From: an uncultured Chloroflexia bacterium
GTDB lineage: Bacteria > Chloroflexota > Chloroflexia > QHBQ01 > JADMIH01
Reading direction: 5' to 3'
NCBI GenBank assembly: GCA_963797095.1
Contig: CAWCNY010000005.1
Span: 192,001 to 256,000, forward strand
DNA: 64,000 nt
The notes beneath the pieces were generated by a model. The model made no database searches, was not told the DNA's origin, and saw only the letters and a program-made list of their open reading frames with translations. This document shows, one piece after another, positions 55,989 to 64,000 of this stretch. A program made the translations under genes and the position numbers. How positions within the stretch are numbered: position 1 is the first letter of the stretch; every line of letters starts with the position of its first letter.

Positions 55989-58154
55989 TCATTCATTCTC
56001 TTTGGTTGATCGCGTGGGCTTGCTCTTCATGGCCCGCACATAGAACATCTCGGTGTACTCCTTGACCTGCCTTTGCATCGAAAACTTCGGCGCGCACGAC
56101 ACAATGGCTTCCTTCATCAAGTCCACCCACCCCTGCGGGACATCGTTTTCGTCTCTCTCGTAATAGAGAGGCACCACTTTCTCTTCGAGCAGTTGGTACA
56201 GCGATTGCACATCGCGCCAGTCCTGCTCATCAGGGTTGCTGTACTCTTGCCCCTCTCCTATGGCCCAGCCGTTCTTGCCATTATAGCCTTCGGCCCACCA
56301 GCCGTCCAGAACCGACAGGTTAGGAACACCGTTGAGCGAAGCTTTCATCCCGCTCGTGCCCGATGCCTCATAGGGCCTGCGGGGGTTGTTGAGCCACACG
56401 TCCACGCCATGCACCAGGTAGCGGGCCACATTCATATCATATTCTTCGAGGAAGAGCACCTTGCCTGCCAGGCCTGGGTGGTGCGATGCCCAGTTTACCT
56501 GCTGGATGAAGCGCTTGCCAGGCTCGTCTTTGGGGTGCGCCTTCCCTGCGAAAAGTATCTGCACCGGCCTGGCGGCCCCGTTCAAAATGTGAATCAGGCG
56601 GTCCACATCGTTGAAAATCAACGTGGCTCGTTTGTAGGTAGCGAAGCGGCGGGCAAAGCCTAAGGTGAGCGCATCGGGATCGAGCAGTTGCTCAAGGGGC
56701 ACCGATGGGGTGGTGCCTGTGCGTCTATGCCAGTACGCAGTTTTTGTGCGTGCGAACGTCACCAGTTGTTGCTTCAGCAAGGCATGGATCGCCCAAAGCT
56801 CTGCGTCAGGTGCTTTGTAGAGAGGCTTCCAGGTGTCGGGGTCGTCCACGTGTTCGTACCAATCCTTGCCCAGGTACTTGGTATAGAACTCATACAGTTC
56901 AGGAGCGAGCCATGTTCCCGTGTGGACGCCGTTGGTGATCGATGCTATAGGCACATCATCAACGTCGCGGTTGGGCCACAGCCAGTGCCACATATTGCGG
57001 GACACACGCCCATGCAGCTTGCTAACTCCATTGCGATAGTCCGCTCCTTTGAGCGCCAGCGCGGTCATGCTGAACATCGGGCCCCAGGGATGCCCCTCGC
57101 GCGCCAGGTTCAAGAACTCGTCCCTGGTGACCCCCAACTGGGGATAGTACTCCTGGAAATACTTGTCCATCAGGTCGAAGCCGAAAGCGTCGTTTCCGGC
57201 GGCCACCGGAGTATGGGTGGTGAAAACTGTCTGGGCTGCCCCTTCGCGTAGCGCCTGGGCGAAAGTCTCGCCTTTAGCCACGCGCTCGCGGGCTAGCTCA
57301 AGCACAAGAAATGCCGCGTGCCCTTCGTTCAGGTGGTAGGCCGCGGGATTGATTCCAAGTGCGCGCAGGGCGCGTATCCCGCCAACCCCCAGCACCAGCT
57401 CCTGCGCCACACGCATCTCCTGGTCGCCCCCATAGAGTCGCGACCCAAGCTCGCGGTCGGCGGGGGCATTGGGATAAATGTCCGTATCAAGCATATACAA
57501 CGGGACGCGTCCAACCACGAATTCGTACACTTTGGCATAGATAACGCGCTCCGGCAGTTGCACCTCCACCACTATCTCGTTGCCCTCCCCGTCGTGAGCG
57601 GGTAACGCAGGCTCCTCCGAGAAATCGAGCTTGTTGTATGTGGCTTCCTGCTGTCCATCGGAGGTGATCTGCTGCTTGAAATAGCCCTGCGGGTAGAGGA
57701 ACCCTACAAACACCATCGGCACGCCGAGGTCAGAAGCGCCTTTGACATGATCTCCAGCCAGGATGCCGAGGCCGCCCGAATAAATCGGCAAGGACTCGTG
57801 CAAGCCGAACTCAAAGCAGAAATAGGCGACGGGTCTGTTCGCTTCGGCCAGCTTTGGATACTTCTTCTTGAACCATGTGCTCGGCGCAGCAAGATAAGCA
57901 TCGAATTCACGCATCACGTCGTCATAGCGGGCCACGTAAGCGGGATCGGCGGCGGCCACTCGCAGGGTAGCCTGACGAATCTCGTTCAGGAATTTGACCG
58001 GATTGTGGTACACATCCTCCCACAATTGAATGTCGATGTCGGTGAAAAGCCGTTGCGCTTCCGGGTGCCATGTCCACCATAGGTTGTAAGCCAGTTCTGG
58101 AAGTCGTGAGATACGCTTTGGTATGATGTCAACTCTCGGTTGTACTAGGTTCAC
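55989..58154 (-). CDS. glgP: Alpha-glucan phosphorylase
   Basis: Motifs LAYNLWWTW, YSGGLGILAGDH, HLNEGH, ARRFATYKR and the PLP motif EASGTSGMKA. Confidence 0.95.
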   Translation of the reverse strand: MNLVQPRVDIIPKRISRLPELAYNLWWTWHPEAQRLFTDIDIQLWEDVYHNPVKFLNEIRQATLRVAAADPAYVARYDDVMREFDAYLAAPSTWFKKKYPKLAEANRPVAYFCFEFGLHESLPIYSGGLGILAGDHVKGASDLGVPMVFVGFLYPQGYFKQQITSDGQQEATYNKLDFSEEPALPAHDGEGNEIVVEVQLPERVIYAKVYEFVVGRVPLYMLDTDIYPNAPADRELGSRLYGGDQEMRVAQELVLGVGGIRALRALGINPAAYHLNEGHAAFLVLELARERVAKGETFAQALREGAAQTVFTTHTPVAAGNDAFGFDLMDKYFQEYYPQLGVTRDEFLNLAREGHPWGPMFSMTALALKGADYRNGVSKLHGRVSRNMWHWLWPNRDVDDVPIASITNGVHTGTWLAPELYEFYTKYLGKDWYEHVDDPDTWKPLYKAPDAELWAIHALLKQQLVTFARTKTAYWHRRTGTTPSVPLEQLLDPDALTLGFARRFATYKRATLIFNDVDRLIHILNGAARPVQILFAGKAHPKDEPGKRFIQQVNWASHHPGLAGKVLFLEEYDMNVARYLVHGVDVWLNNPRRPYEASGTSGMKASLNGVPNLSVLDGWWAEGYNGKNGWAIGEGQEYSNPDEQDWRDVQSLYQLLEEKVVPLYYERDENDVPQGWVDLMKEAIVSCAPKFSMQRQVKEYTEMFYVRAMKSKPTRSTKENE

Positions 58155-58269
58155 TCTTGTCCATTCTCCCTTCTAAGAAATACGGATATGATCGCACACT
58201 CCACCGGTTGGTGCTGCGTATACCCTCTACAAGAAAAGAGGCGCGCTGGCCCACCGGCCGCACGCCATT

Positions 58270-58319
58270 GTCGGTCACATCGTCGGTCACATTGTAGCCG
58301 ATTGGGGCAATAGTTGCCA
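58270..58319 (-). promoter_or_regulatory. glgP promoter with an overlapping 11-bp direct repeat
   Basis: TGGCAA-17 nt-TACAAT; ATGTGACCGAC occurs twice (58282-58292 and 58270-58280) across the predicted start site. Confidence 0.5.
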
Positions 58320-58372
58320 CCGCCCAGGCTTCCACGGAGGCGGCTCACATTACCGGGTGCTACGACCTGGTG

Positions 58373-59621
58373 CTACGCCCGCCCAAGCACAAGACAGGCA
58401 TTGATCCCACCGAAACCGAACGAGTTAGAGAGGATTGTATTCACCCTGCGATGTCTGCCCCCCTCCTGGATATAGTCAAGGTCGCATTCAGGGTCGGTAT
58501 GCTCAAGATTGATCGTCGGCGGCAGATATTCATGCAGCATCGACATACACGCGATTGCCAGCTCAAAAGCGCCCGACGCCCCCAGGGCGTGGCCGTGCAT
58601 GGCTTTGGTGGCGCTGATCGGCATACGAAGCGCGTGGTCGCCGAACACGGCCTTGATCGCCATAGTCTCGGTCTTGTCGTTGAGGGGCGTGGCCGACGCG
58701 TGGGCATTGATATACTCGATCTCATGCGGCTGCAAGTTCGCGGAGGCCAAAGCCTCGCGCATGCACCGGATCGCCTGCGCGCCATCTGGCCGGGGCGCGG
58801 TCATGTGATAAGCATCAGTAGTGGTGGCATAGCCCAGTATTTCGGCGTAAATATCGGCACCGCGCGCCTTCGCGTGCTCCCAATCTTCCAGGATGAGCAC
58901 CGCCGACCCCTCGGACATCACGAAGCCATCCCGCCGTGCGTCAAAAGGTCGCGATGCTTTTTCCGGCACCTCATTGGAGTTGCTCGAAATGGCGCGAATG
59001 AGATCGAACGCCCCGAAGATCAGAGGCGCAAGCGGCAACTCGGCCCCGCCCGCCAGCATGATCCGGGCGCGTCCCTCACGCACCAGCCTGTAGGCTTCGC
59101 CAATCGCCACCGCGCCGGAGGCACACGAGTTGGCGTTGGTCTGGTTAGGTCCAAACACCCCCATTTCCATCGCGATGTTGCACGATGAAGCCGAGCCGAA
59201 CACGGTCAAAGCGAGGATGTTGTTTACGGCACGCAGGCCGTGCTCAATAAAGACCGAGTGCTGTTCTTCAGCGAACGATAGGCCGCCCAGTGCGCTCCCC
59301 AGGTACACGCCGGTGTCTTCGGAATCGCTCTTCGAGAGACAGAGGCCGGAGTTCGAGCACCGCTCCCTGCGCGGCGGCAATCGCCAGTTGCGAGTACCTG
59401 TCGAGGCGGCGGGCACGCTGCGGCTCCAGGTGGTCCAGGGGGTCGAAATCGTCTATCTGTGCCGCCACCTGAGACCTGAATTGCGCCGGGTCGAAGCGAC
59501 TGACGCGGCGCACAGCCGAGCGCCCGGCCAGCACGCCCTCCCACAACCCCTTGCAACCGCTGCCGATTGGCGTGATCGCCCCTATGCCCGTTATCACAAC
59601 TCGCCTGTGTGTGTTCCCCAT
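58373..59621 (-). pseudogene. FabF-type beta-ketoacyl synthase with a single-base frameshift (pseudogene or sequencing error)
   Basis: The N-terminus RRVVITGIGAITPIG is in one frame and NSCASG, NAHAS, GHALGASG and SNSFGFGG are in another. Removing one base at 59352-59353 gives the continuous AVLDSGL. Confidence 0.85.
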
Positions 59622-59664
59622 CCCGCCCTCTATCCCGCAGCCTTCCTCATTCAGGGACTGCCGC

Positions 59665-60165
59665 TCACTTGGTGCTTGATCCTCCGCCTCCGCCGGCACC
59701 GTCGCCTTCTGCCAGTTGCTTTATCCTTCGCAGGGTCTTGCCCGCGATATAGCCTATGAAGCCCCGCCCGACCACGATCTCGGTCAGGCGTCTGCCCAGG
59801 ATTCGGACCGGAAACGGCGGCTGATCCAGTCGGTGCGCGATCGTCACCAGCACATCACCGTCACCGTCCCCCGGCTCAAATGACCACTCTACGTCCATCC
59901 CTCGTACCAGGCCCTTTATATGCCTGAAGAGAATCCGGCCCGGAGCGTCTTCCGTGCCCGGCAAAACTGTCTCGATTGCCGACCATGTGACGGGTATGAA
60001 GTTTCGCCACGCCGACATGCGCACCCATTTGCGGTTGCCCTGCTGCTTCAGCACCTGCACGAAGCGGTAATGAGGAAGCAGAGTTTCCCACTCCTCGACC
60101 TGCGCGGCAAGCTCGAAAATATGAGTGTAAGGAGCGTTGATAGTGATCTGGGTGCTGGTCTTCAT
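59665..60165 (-). CDS. SRPBCC/polyketide cyclase-dehydrase family protein
   Basis: I.I.AP...IFELA..VE.W...LPHYR...I.FRH.KG..RGM.VEW.F pattern; start at ATG 60165. Confidence 0.8.
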   Translation of the reverse strand: MKTSTQITINAPYTHIFELAAQVEEWETLLPHYRFVQVLKQQGNRKWVRMSAWRNFIPVTWSAIETVLPGTEDAPGRILFRHIKGLVRGMDVEWSFEPGDGDGDVLVTIAHRLDQPPFPVRILGRRLTEIVVGRGFIGYIAGKTLRRIKQLAEGDGAGGGGGSSTK

Positions 60166-60179
60166 AGCGGCATTCCCGG

Positions 60180-61430
60180 TCAGGGCCTTAGCAGAGACCA
60201 CAGATAAAGCGGGCTGAGAGCAGCACGAGCGTCGGCGAAATCGCCCAACACCCCGGTCAGCACCTGCCGGGCATCCTCGCGTCTTCCAAGCCTGGATACT
60301 ACATAGTCCATAGCAGGAGGCATTCCTACGAAAAGTTGAACAAGCCTGCACACCATGTCCTTGGCAGTGAATTCGGCGCGTCGCGCCCTGCTGTAGCGGC
60401 TCAACGCGCGGGCCGACACATCGTCCTTATCAAGCGCAGCGGAGGCCACATCAGCGGCGATCTCAGCGCCACGCAAAGCCTTGTAAACCCCCTCGCCCGT
60501 GAACGGGTCGAAGAACCCCGCCGCGTCTCCAACCAGCATCCATCCATCACCATGTACTCGCTTCACCCTCGCGCCTATTGGCCCAACTCCGCGCACCTCG
60601 CTCATCCGGGCAGCCCCGCGCAGACGCTCGCCCACCCCTTGGAAGCTATGCGCGAAACGCTCGAACCGCTCAACCGCGCTTCCTCCCGCGAACTGTTTCG
60701 CCTTCCTCATTGGCATCACCAACCCGACATTGAGGAGGCCGCCCGATTGGGGGGCAAGCCCCGCATAACCGTGCTTCGACACATAGATCTCGCCCCAGTC
60801 GTCCAGGCCGCTATACCCGCTGTAATGGGCCACCATCCCCAGGTTCTGCGGCCACCTCAGCGGCGCGCCCACTCCCAGGCTGCGCACCGCCGCCGAATGA
60901 ACGCCGTCGGCCCCTATCACCAATCTTGCTCTGATCTGGCGGGTGCCGCTTGACCGCTCCCTGTACACCACGCCACCTACCCTGCCATCTTGCAGCGTGA
61001 CCCCCTCCACCCTGACCCGCTCACGCACTTCCGCGCCACACTGCCGTGCAAAGTCCACCAGCGTAGCGTCCAGCACGCGCCGCGTGGTGGCAAGCACCTG
61101 CATTTGCGCGCCACGTTCGTTTCGATTGAGCGCATAATCCATGGCGAACGACCTGCCCGAAGGGCTGATCACCCGCATCGACCCCAGGCGGCGCGCCCCC
61201 GCACGTTCCACCATCTCCAGCGCCCCAATTCGCTCCAACACCCGTTCCGTCTGGGGACTTGTATACTCGCCGCAAGCCTTATCTCTCGGAAATACCGCTC
61301 TGTCGAGAGCAAGCACCGAGTACCCGGCACGCGCAAGCAAGGCTGCCGTCGTTGAGCCCGCCGGTCCTGCTCCCACAACCACCACATCGTAGGTCTGTGT
61401 ATTTGCGGTTGAGCCTGTGGTGCTGTCCAT
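60180..61430 (-). CDS. FAD-dependent oxidoreductase (geranylgeranyl reductase-like)
   Basis: Motifs DVVVVGAGPAG, FPRDKACGE, IGADG and LVGDAAGFFDPFTGEG. Confidence 0.9.
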   Translation of the reverse strand: MDSTTGSTANTQTYDVVVVGAGPAGSTTAALLARAGYSVLALDRAVFPRDKACGEYTSPQTERVLERIGALEMVERAGARRLGSMRVISPSGRSFAMDYALNRNERGAQMQVLATTRRVLDATLVDFARQCGAEVRERVRVEGVTLQDGRVGGVVYRERSSGTRQIRARLVIGADGVHSAAVRSLGVGAPLRWPQNLGMVAHYSGYSGLDDWGEIYVSKHGYAGLAPQSGGLLNVGLVMPMRKAKQFAGGSAVERFERFAHSFQGVGERLRGAARMSEVRGVGPIGARVKRVHGDGWMLVGDAAGFFDPFTGEGVYKALRGAEIAADVASAALDKDDVSARALSRYSRARRAEFTAKDMVCRLVQLFVGMPPAMDYVVSRLGRREDARQVLTGVLGDFADARAALSPLYLWSLLRP

Positions 61431-61446
61431 CCTCTGCCAACCCCGA

Positions 61447-62193
61447 TCAGTTATCCCCCGAAACGTCAAAGCCCGAATACCGAACCGCCGCTACGCGCCA
61501 GAATGGGTGGGTGTAAATCTTCAGCGGAATCCCCGCGTTGCGGGCGATCCTCCCGATCTCGGCCGGTGTGAACGCCCTGTAAACTGAGGCTGGCCCATCG
61601 TGGTGCGTGAGCTTGTTCGGGGTCGTAAGCCGCGCCAGCACCCATGCCATGTACCACGCGCCTTGCGAGCGGTAGATGTCGTTCACGATGAACCCCAGGC
61701 GCGACATCCGCTCCATCTCCTTCATGACTTTGTGTGCCGCCCCCAGGTCGAAGTGGTGGAATGCAAGGGAGCAGGTAACAACATCAAACGAAGCATCGGC
61801 GAACGGAGGCGAGACCGCGTCGCATACGACAAACTCGACCGCATCCGTGAAGCCCGCCCTGTTAATACGGTCAGAGGCTACAGCCAGGATTTCGGGACTT
61901 ATGTCGGTGGCCGTAACCTCGATCTGACGCCCATTCTTACGCGCCCAACGGCACAACTCCTCCGGAATGTCTGCTGAGCCTGTCGCCAGGTCGAGCACCT
62001 TCAGCGTCTGCCCCTCAGGAAATGGGCCGATCAAGTGCCGAAGGTGATACTTGACGACCCAGGTGCCGAGTCCGAAGATGTTAGCACGCCGGATGTCTCG
62101 CAGGGTCTCTTCCAGGTCATGCGCACTCGCCTCGCCCGGCCTGTCAAGCAATTCCTGAACATCAAGATACCGGGGCGTTCGGAAGATGCGCAT
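61447..62193 (-). CDS. SAM-dependent methyltransferase
   Basis: Motifs ELLD, VLDLATGSADIP, SLAFHH, VNDIYR and HDGPASVYRAFT; the ATG is 5 nt after TGGTACAAT (leaderless). Confidence 0.88.
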   Translation of the reverse strand: MRIFRTPRYLDVQELLDRPGEASAHDLEETLRDIRRANIFGLGTWVVKYHLRHLIGPFPEGQTLKVLDLATGSADIPEELCRWARKNGRQIEVTATDISPEILAVASDRINRAGFTDAVEFVVCDAVSPPFADASFDVVTCSLAFHHFDLGAAHKVMKEMERMSRLGFIVNDIYRSQGAWYMAWVLARLTTPNKLTHHDGPASVYRAFTPAEIGRIARNAGIPLKIYTHPFWRVAAVRYSGFDVSGDN

Positions 62194-62220
62194 GGGCCAT
62201 TGTACCAGAAACGGGGAGGA

Positions 62221-62311
62221 AGTAACGAGTGACGAGCGACGAGTGAACATTGCGTGCTGCATACTTCGTACTGCGTATTCCAAGGCTCACTCGCCACTAG
62301 TCACTCGCCAC
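62221..62311. repeat. Nested degenerate heptamer-repeat element
   Basis: An AGTGACG-type array (62221-62248) and a complementary CTCACTC/GTCACTC array (62286-62311) flank a GCGTACT-type array. Confidence 0.7.
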
Positions 62312-63149
62312 GTTCCAGCCAATCGCGCGCCAGCCATTCGGCCCGCGCCACATCGTCGTGGCGCAGCCTCCCCGCCTCCACCTCGCCCAACAAATAGCCC
62401 TTTAGCGCGGCAATCCAGGGTCCAGGCTCGCGGGCCGCCAGTGCCAACAGCTGATTACCGTTGAGGGGCGAGCGGGGTTCGCTCACGCGCGCTTGCTCCT
62501 CGCGCTGAGATTCATCTTCTAGCCGTTGGGCATGGGCCTCAAGGCTATCAAGCACCCACAAACCGCGGTCGATAGGCTCAGGCAGGTAGCCCCTCAGGTC
62601 GGCCCGGGCCAGCGCCAGTAGGTCACGCCAGCCCGCTTCCCCGCGCCCTTCCTCTGCTTCGTCCTTCAACCGCCGCACCGCCGCGCCGGTCCACTCGCTG
62701 CTGTACGAGATCGGCCTCATGTGCAGCGACACCAATCTCTGCACCGGCTCTATGAGGGCTGGGTCTGCACCGGCAGCCTCCATTATCTCAGGCGTCATCT
62801 CAGCGCCGAACCTGTCGTGCTCAAAGAATCTGGAGCGCCCCTCCGGCGTCTCGAGGTAGGCCGGGCCCTTGCCTATATCGTGCAGCACAGCAGCCCACCG
62901 CCTTATCGCCGTAGGCTCAATCGCGTCTACCACCTTCAACGTATGAACGAGCGCATCACCTTTGTGCGCCGGAAGCTGCGATACGCCCTTGAGCGCCGCC
63001 AGGTCGGGGAACACGTCCCGCAAATGCCCTGTTTGCGCCCAGCGCCACAGCACGTCCGAAGGACGCCCAGACAGCAGCACATCGTGCAATGAAGGCTCAG
63101 GCTCGGCAGGACTATCGTCACCGTGCCGCCTGCGTAGAAAACGAAACAT
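62301..63149 (-). CDS. HD-domain protein resembling the CCA-adding enzyme body/tail without the nucleotidyltransferase head
   Basis: FPDL..L.GV.Q...HK.D...HTL.V, AVLHDIGK, F..H...GA, V.LHMR, AD and L.G..L....PGP.I. Confidence 0.8.
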   Translation of the reverse strand: MFRFLRRRHGDDSPAEPEPSLHDVLLSGRPSDVLWRWAQTGHLRDVFPDLAALKGVSQLPAHKGDALVHTLKVVDAIEPTAIRRWAAVLHDIGKGPAYLETPEGRSRFFEHDRFGAEMTPEIMEAAGADPALIEPVQRLVSLHMRPISYSSEWTGAAVRRLKDEAEEGRGEAGWRDLLALARADLRGYLPEPIDRGLWVLDSLEAHAQRLEDESQREEQARVSEPRSPLNGNQLLALAAREPGPWIAALKGYLLGEVEAGRLRHDDVARAEWLARDWLERGE

Positions 63150-63209
63150 GGAAGATAAATATCGTCAAAGCCGGCTCGGCTGCCCCAACAACCGACCCGA
63201 AACCGCAAG

Positions 63210-63617
63210 TCAGGAAAGGGCCGATTTCAACCGGTCACGCTCAGACTGCGTGAGCAATCCGAGATTGGCAATCAGGTAATCAATAAATATGCCACGATTG
63301 TCAGACAAGAGCGCGTTCATGAGCGTAGCGACCACATAGCTGTCAAAACCGGACCTATCAACACGTGCGGAATAGAGATAGCTGGACGATGATTTGTCCT
63401 GGTCAAGAAGCTTTTTGCGCGCGAGTCTGCTGAGGGTAGTCATAACCGTGGTATAAGCTATCTCCTTCCTGGGTTGTAGCTCCCGGTGCACCTGGCTCAC
63501 GGTCGAGGGGCCGCGCCGCCAGATTATCTGCATGATCTCGCTTTCGAGCGGGCCAAGTACTTTTGTCGGGTTTGAAGAAGATGGGTCGAACCTGAATTTG
63601 AAATCGTCTACGCCCAT
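63210..63617 (-). CDS. BlaI/MecI/CopY family transcriptional regulator
   Basis: Motifs LGPLESEIMQIIW and AYTTVMTTLSRL..K.LL. Confidence 0.92.
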   Translation of the reverse strand: MGVDDFKFRFDPSSSNPTKVLGPLESEIMQIIWRRGPSTVSQVHRELQPRKEIAYTTVMTTLSRLARKKLLDQDKSSSSYLYSARVDRSGFDSYVVATLMNALLSDNRGIFIDYLIANLGLLTQSERDRLKSALS

Positions 63618-63722
63618 ACAATTCCTCCCGTTGCCTGCAATAGCAACCTCACCGGACTATCCACCGGCAAAATTCAGTAAAATATCGCCTGGCCGGGACT
63701 AATGATAACGGTCCGGACCGCA

Positions 63723-64000
63723 TTACTGGTCGGTCGTCGTCGATCCCGGATATTTCGCGGCCACACGGCGCGCTCGCCGGACTCTGGGCGGTCGAGGAGT
63801 TACGGGCGTTTCCGAGGAAGTGCCAGGGGCCTCAGGGGCGACCATCACGCCGGTCGGGGTCTCTAAATCGGCCTCTGCGGGTTCCGCCGGACCTGCTATC
63901 TGCTCAGGCTCTTCCGGGGCAACTTCTTCCGTTGTGACGGGCGATTCAACTTGCGCAACAACCGGCTCGGTCTCTTGTGGGAGGACAAGGGTCTCGGCCT
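63723..64000 (-). CDS. C-terminal acidic/Pro-rich tail of a gene starting beyond the window
   Basis: An open frame runs from the window edge: AETLVLPQETEPVVAQVESP...RRARRVAAKYPGSTTTDQ*. Confidence 0.55.
   Translation of the reverse strand, partial: AETLVLPQETEPVVAQVESPVTTEEVAPEEPEQIAGPAEPAEADLETPTGVMVAPEAPGTSSETPVTPRPPRVRRARRVAAKYPGSTTTDQ

Overview
This GC-rich bacterial chromosomal segment is most consistent with Chloroflexota. That assignment is inferred from Cys-looped SLH domains, three proteins carrying the 'F.ETGH...FGYPI...QYFERARFE' surface repeat, and heptamer intergenic repeats. It is mostly housekeeping and accessory genes: selA, tgt-queG, thyX, an ABC exporter, an acyl-CoA carboxyltransferase, mrp, a methyltransferase/coiled-coil plus glycosyltransferase glycan locus, folE-folP-folK and folB, a DUF1998 helicase, a dynamin-like GTPase operon, azlCD-lysE and glgP. 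One complete IS630-family element is present. The leading candidates for something undescribed are: (i) a membrane protein fusing a degenerate site-2 protease, CBS domains, Ig-like domains and a cell-surface repeat, in an operon with the dynamin; (ii) a methyltransferase, FAD oxidoreductase, SRPBCC cyclase and FabF-type ketosynthase biosynthetic cassette; (iii) two similar promoter-driven two-hairpin small RNAs 46 kb apart; (iv) a leaderless leader-peptide attenuator upstream of azlCD-lysE; (v) a class II aaRS-like orphan protein. Two single-base frameshifts may be sequencing errors. No rRNA, tRNA or CRISPR array was recognised. All calls come from reading the sequence by eye, with no database search.
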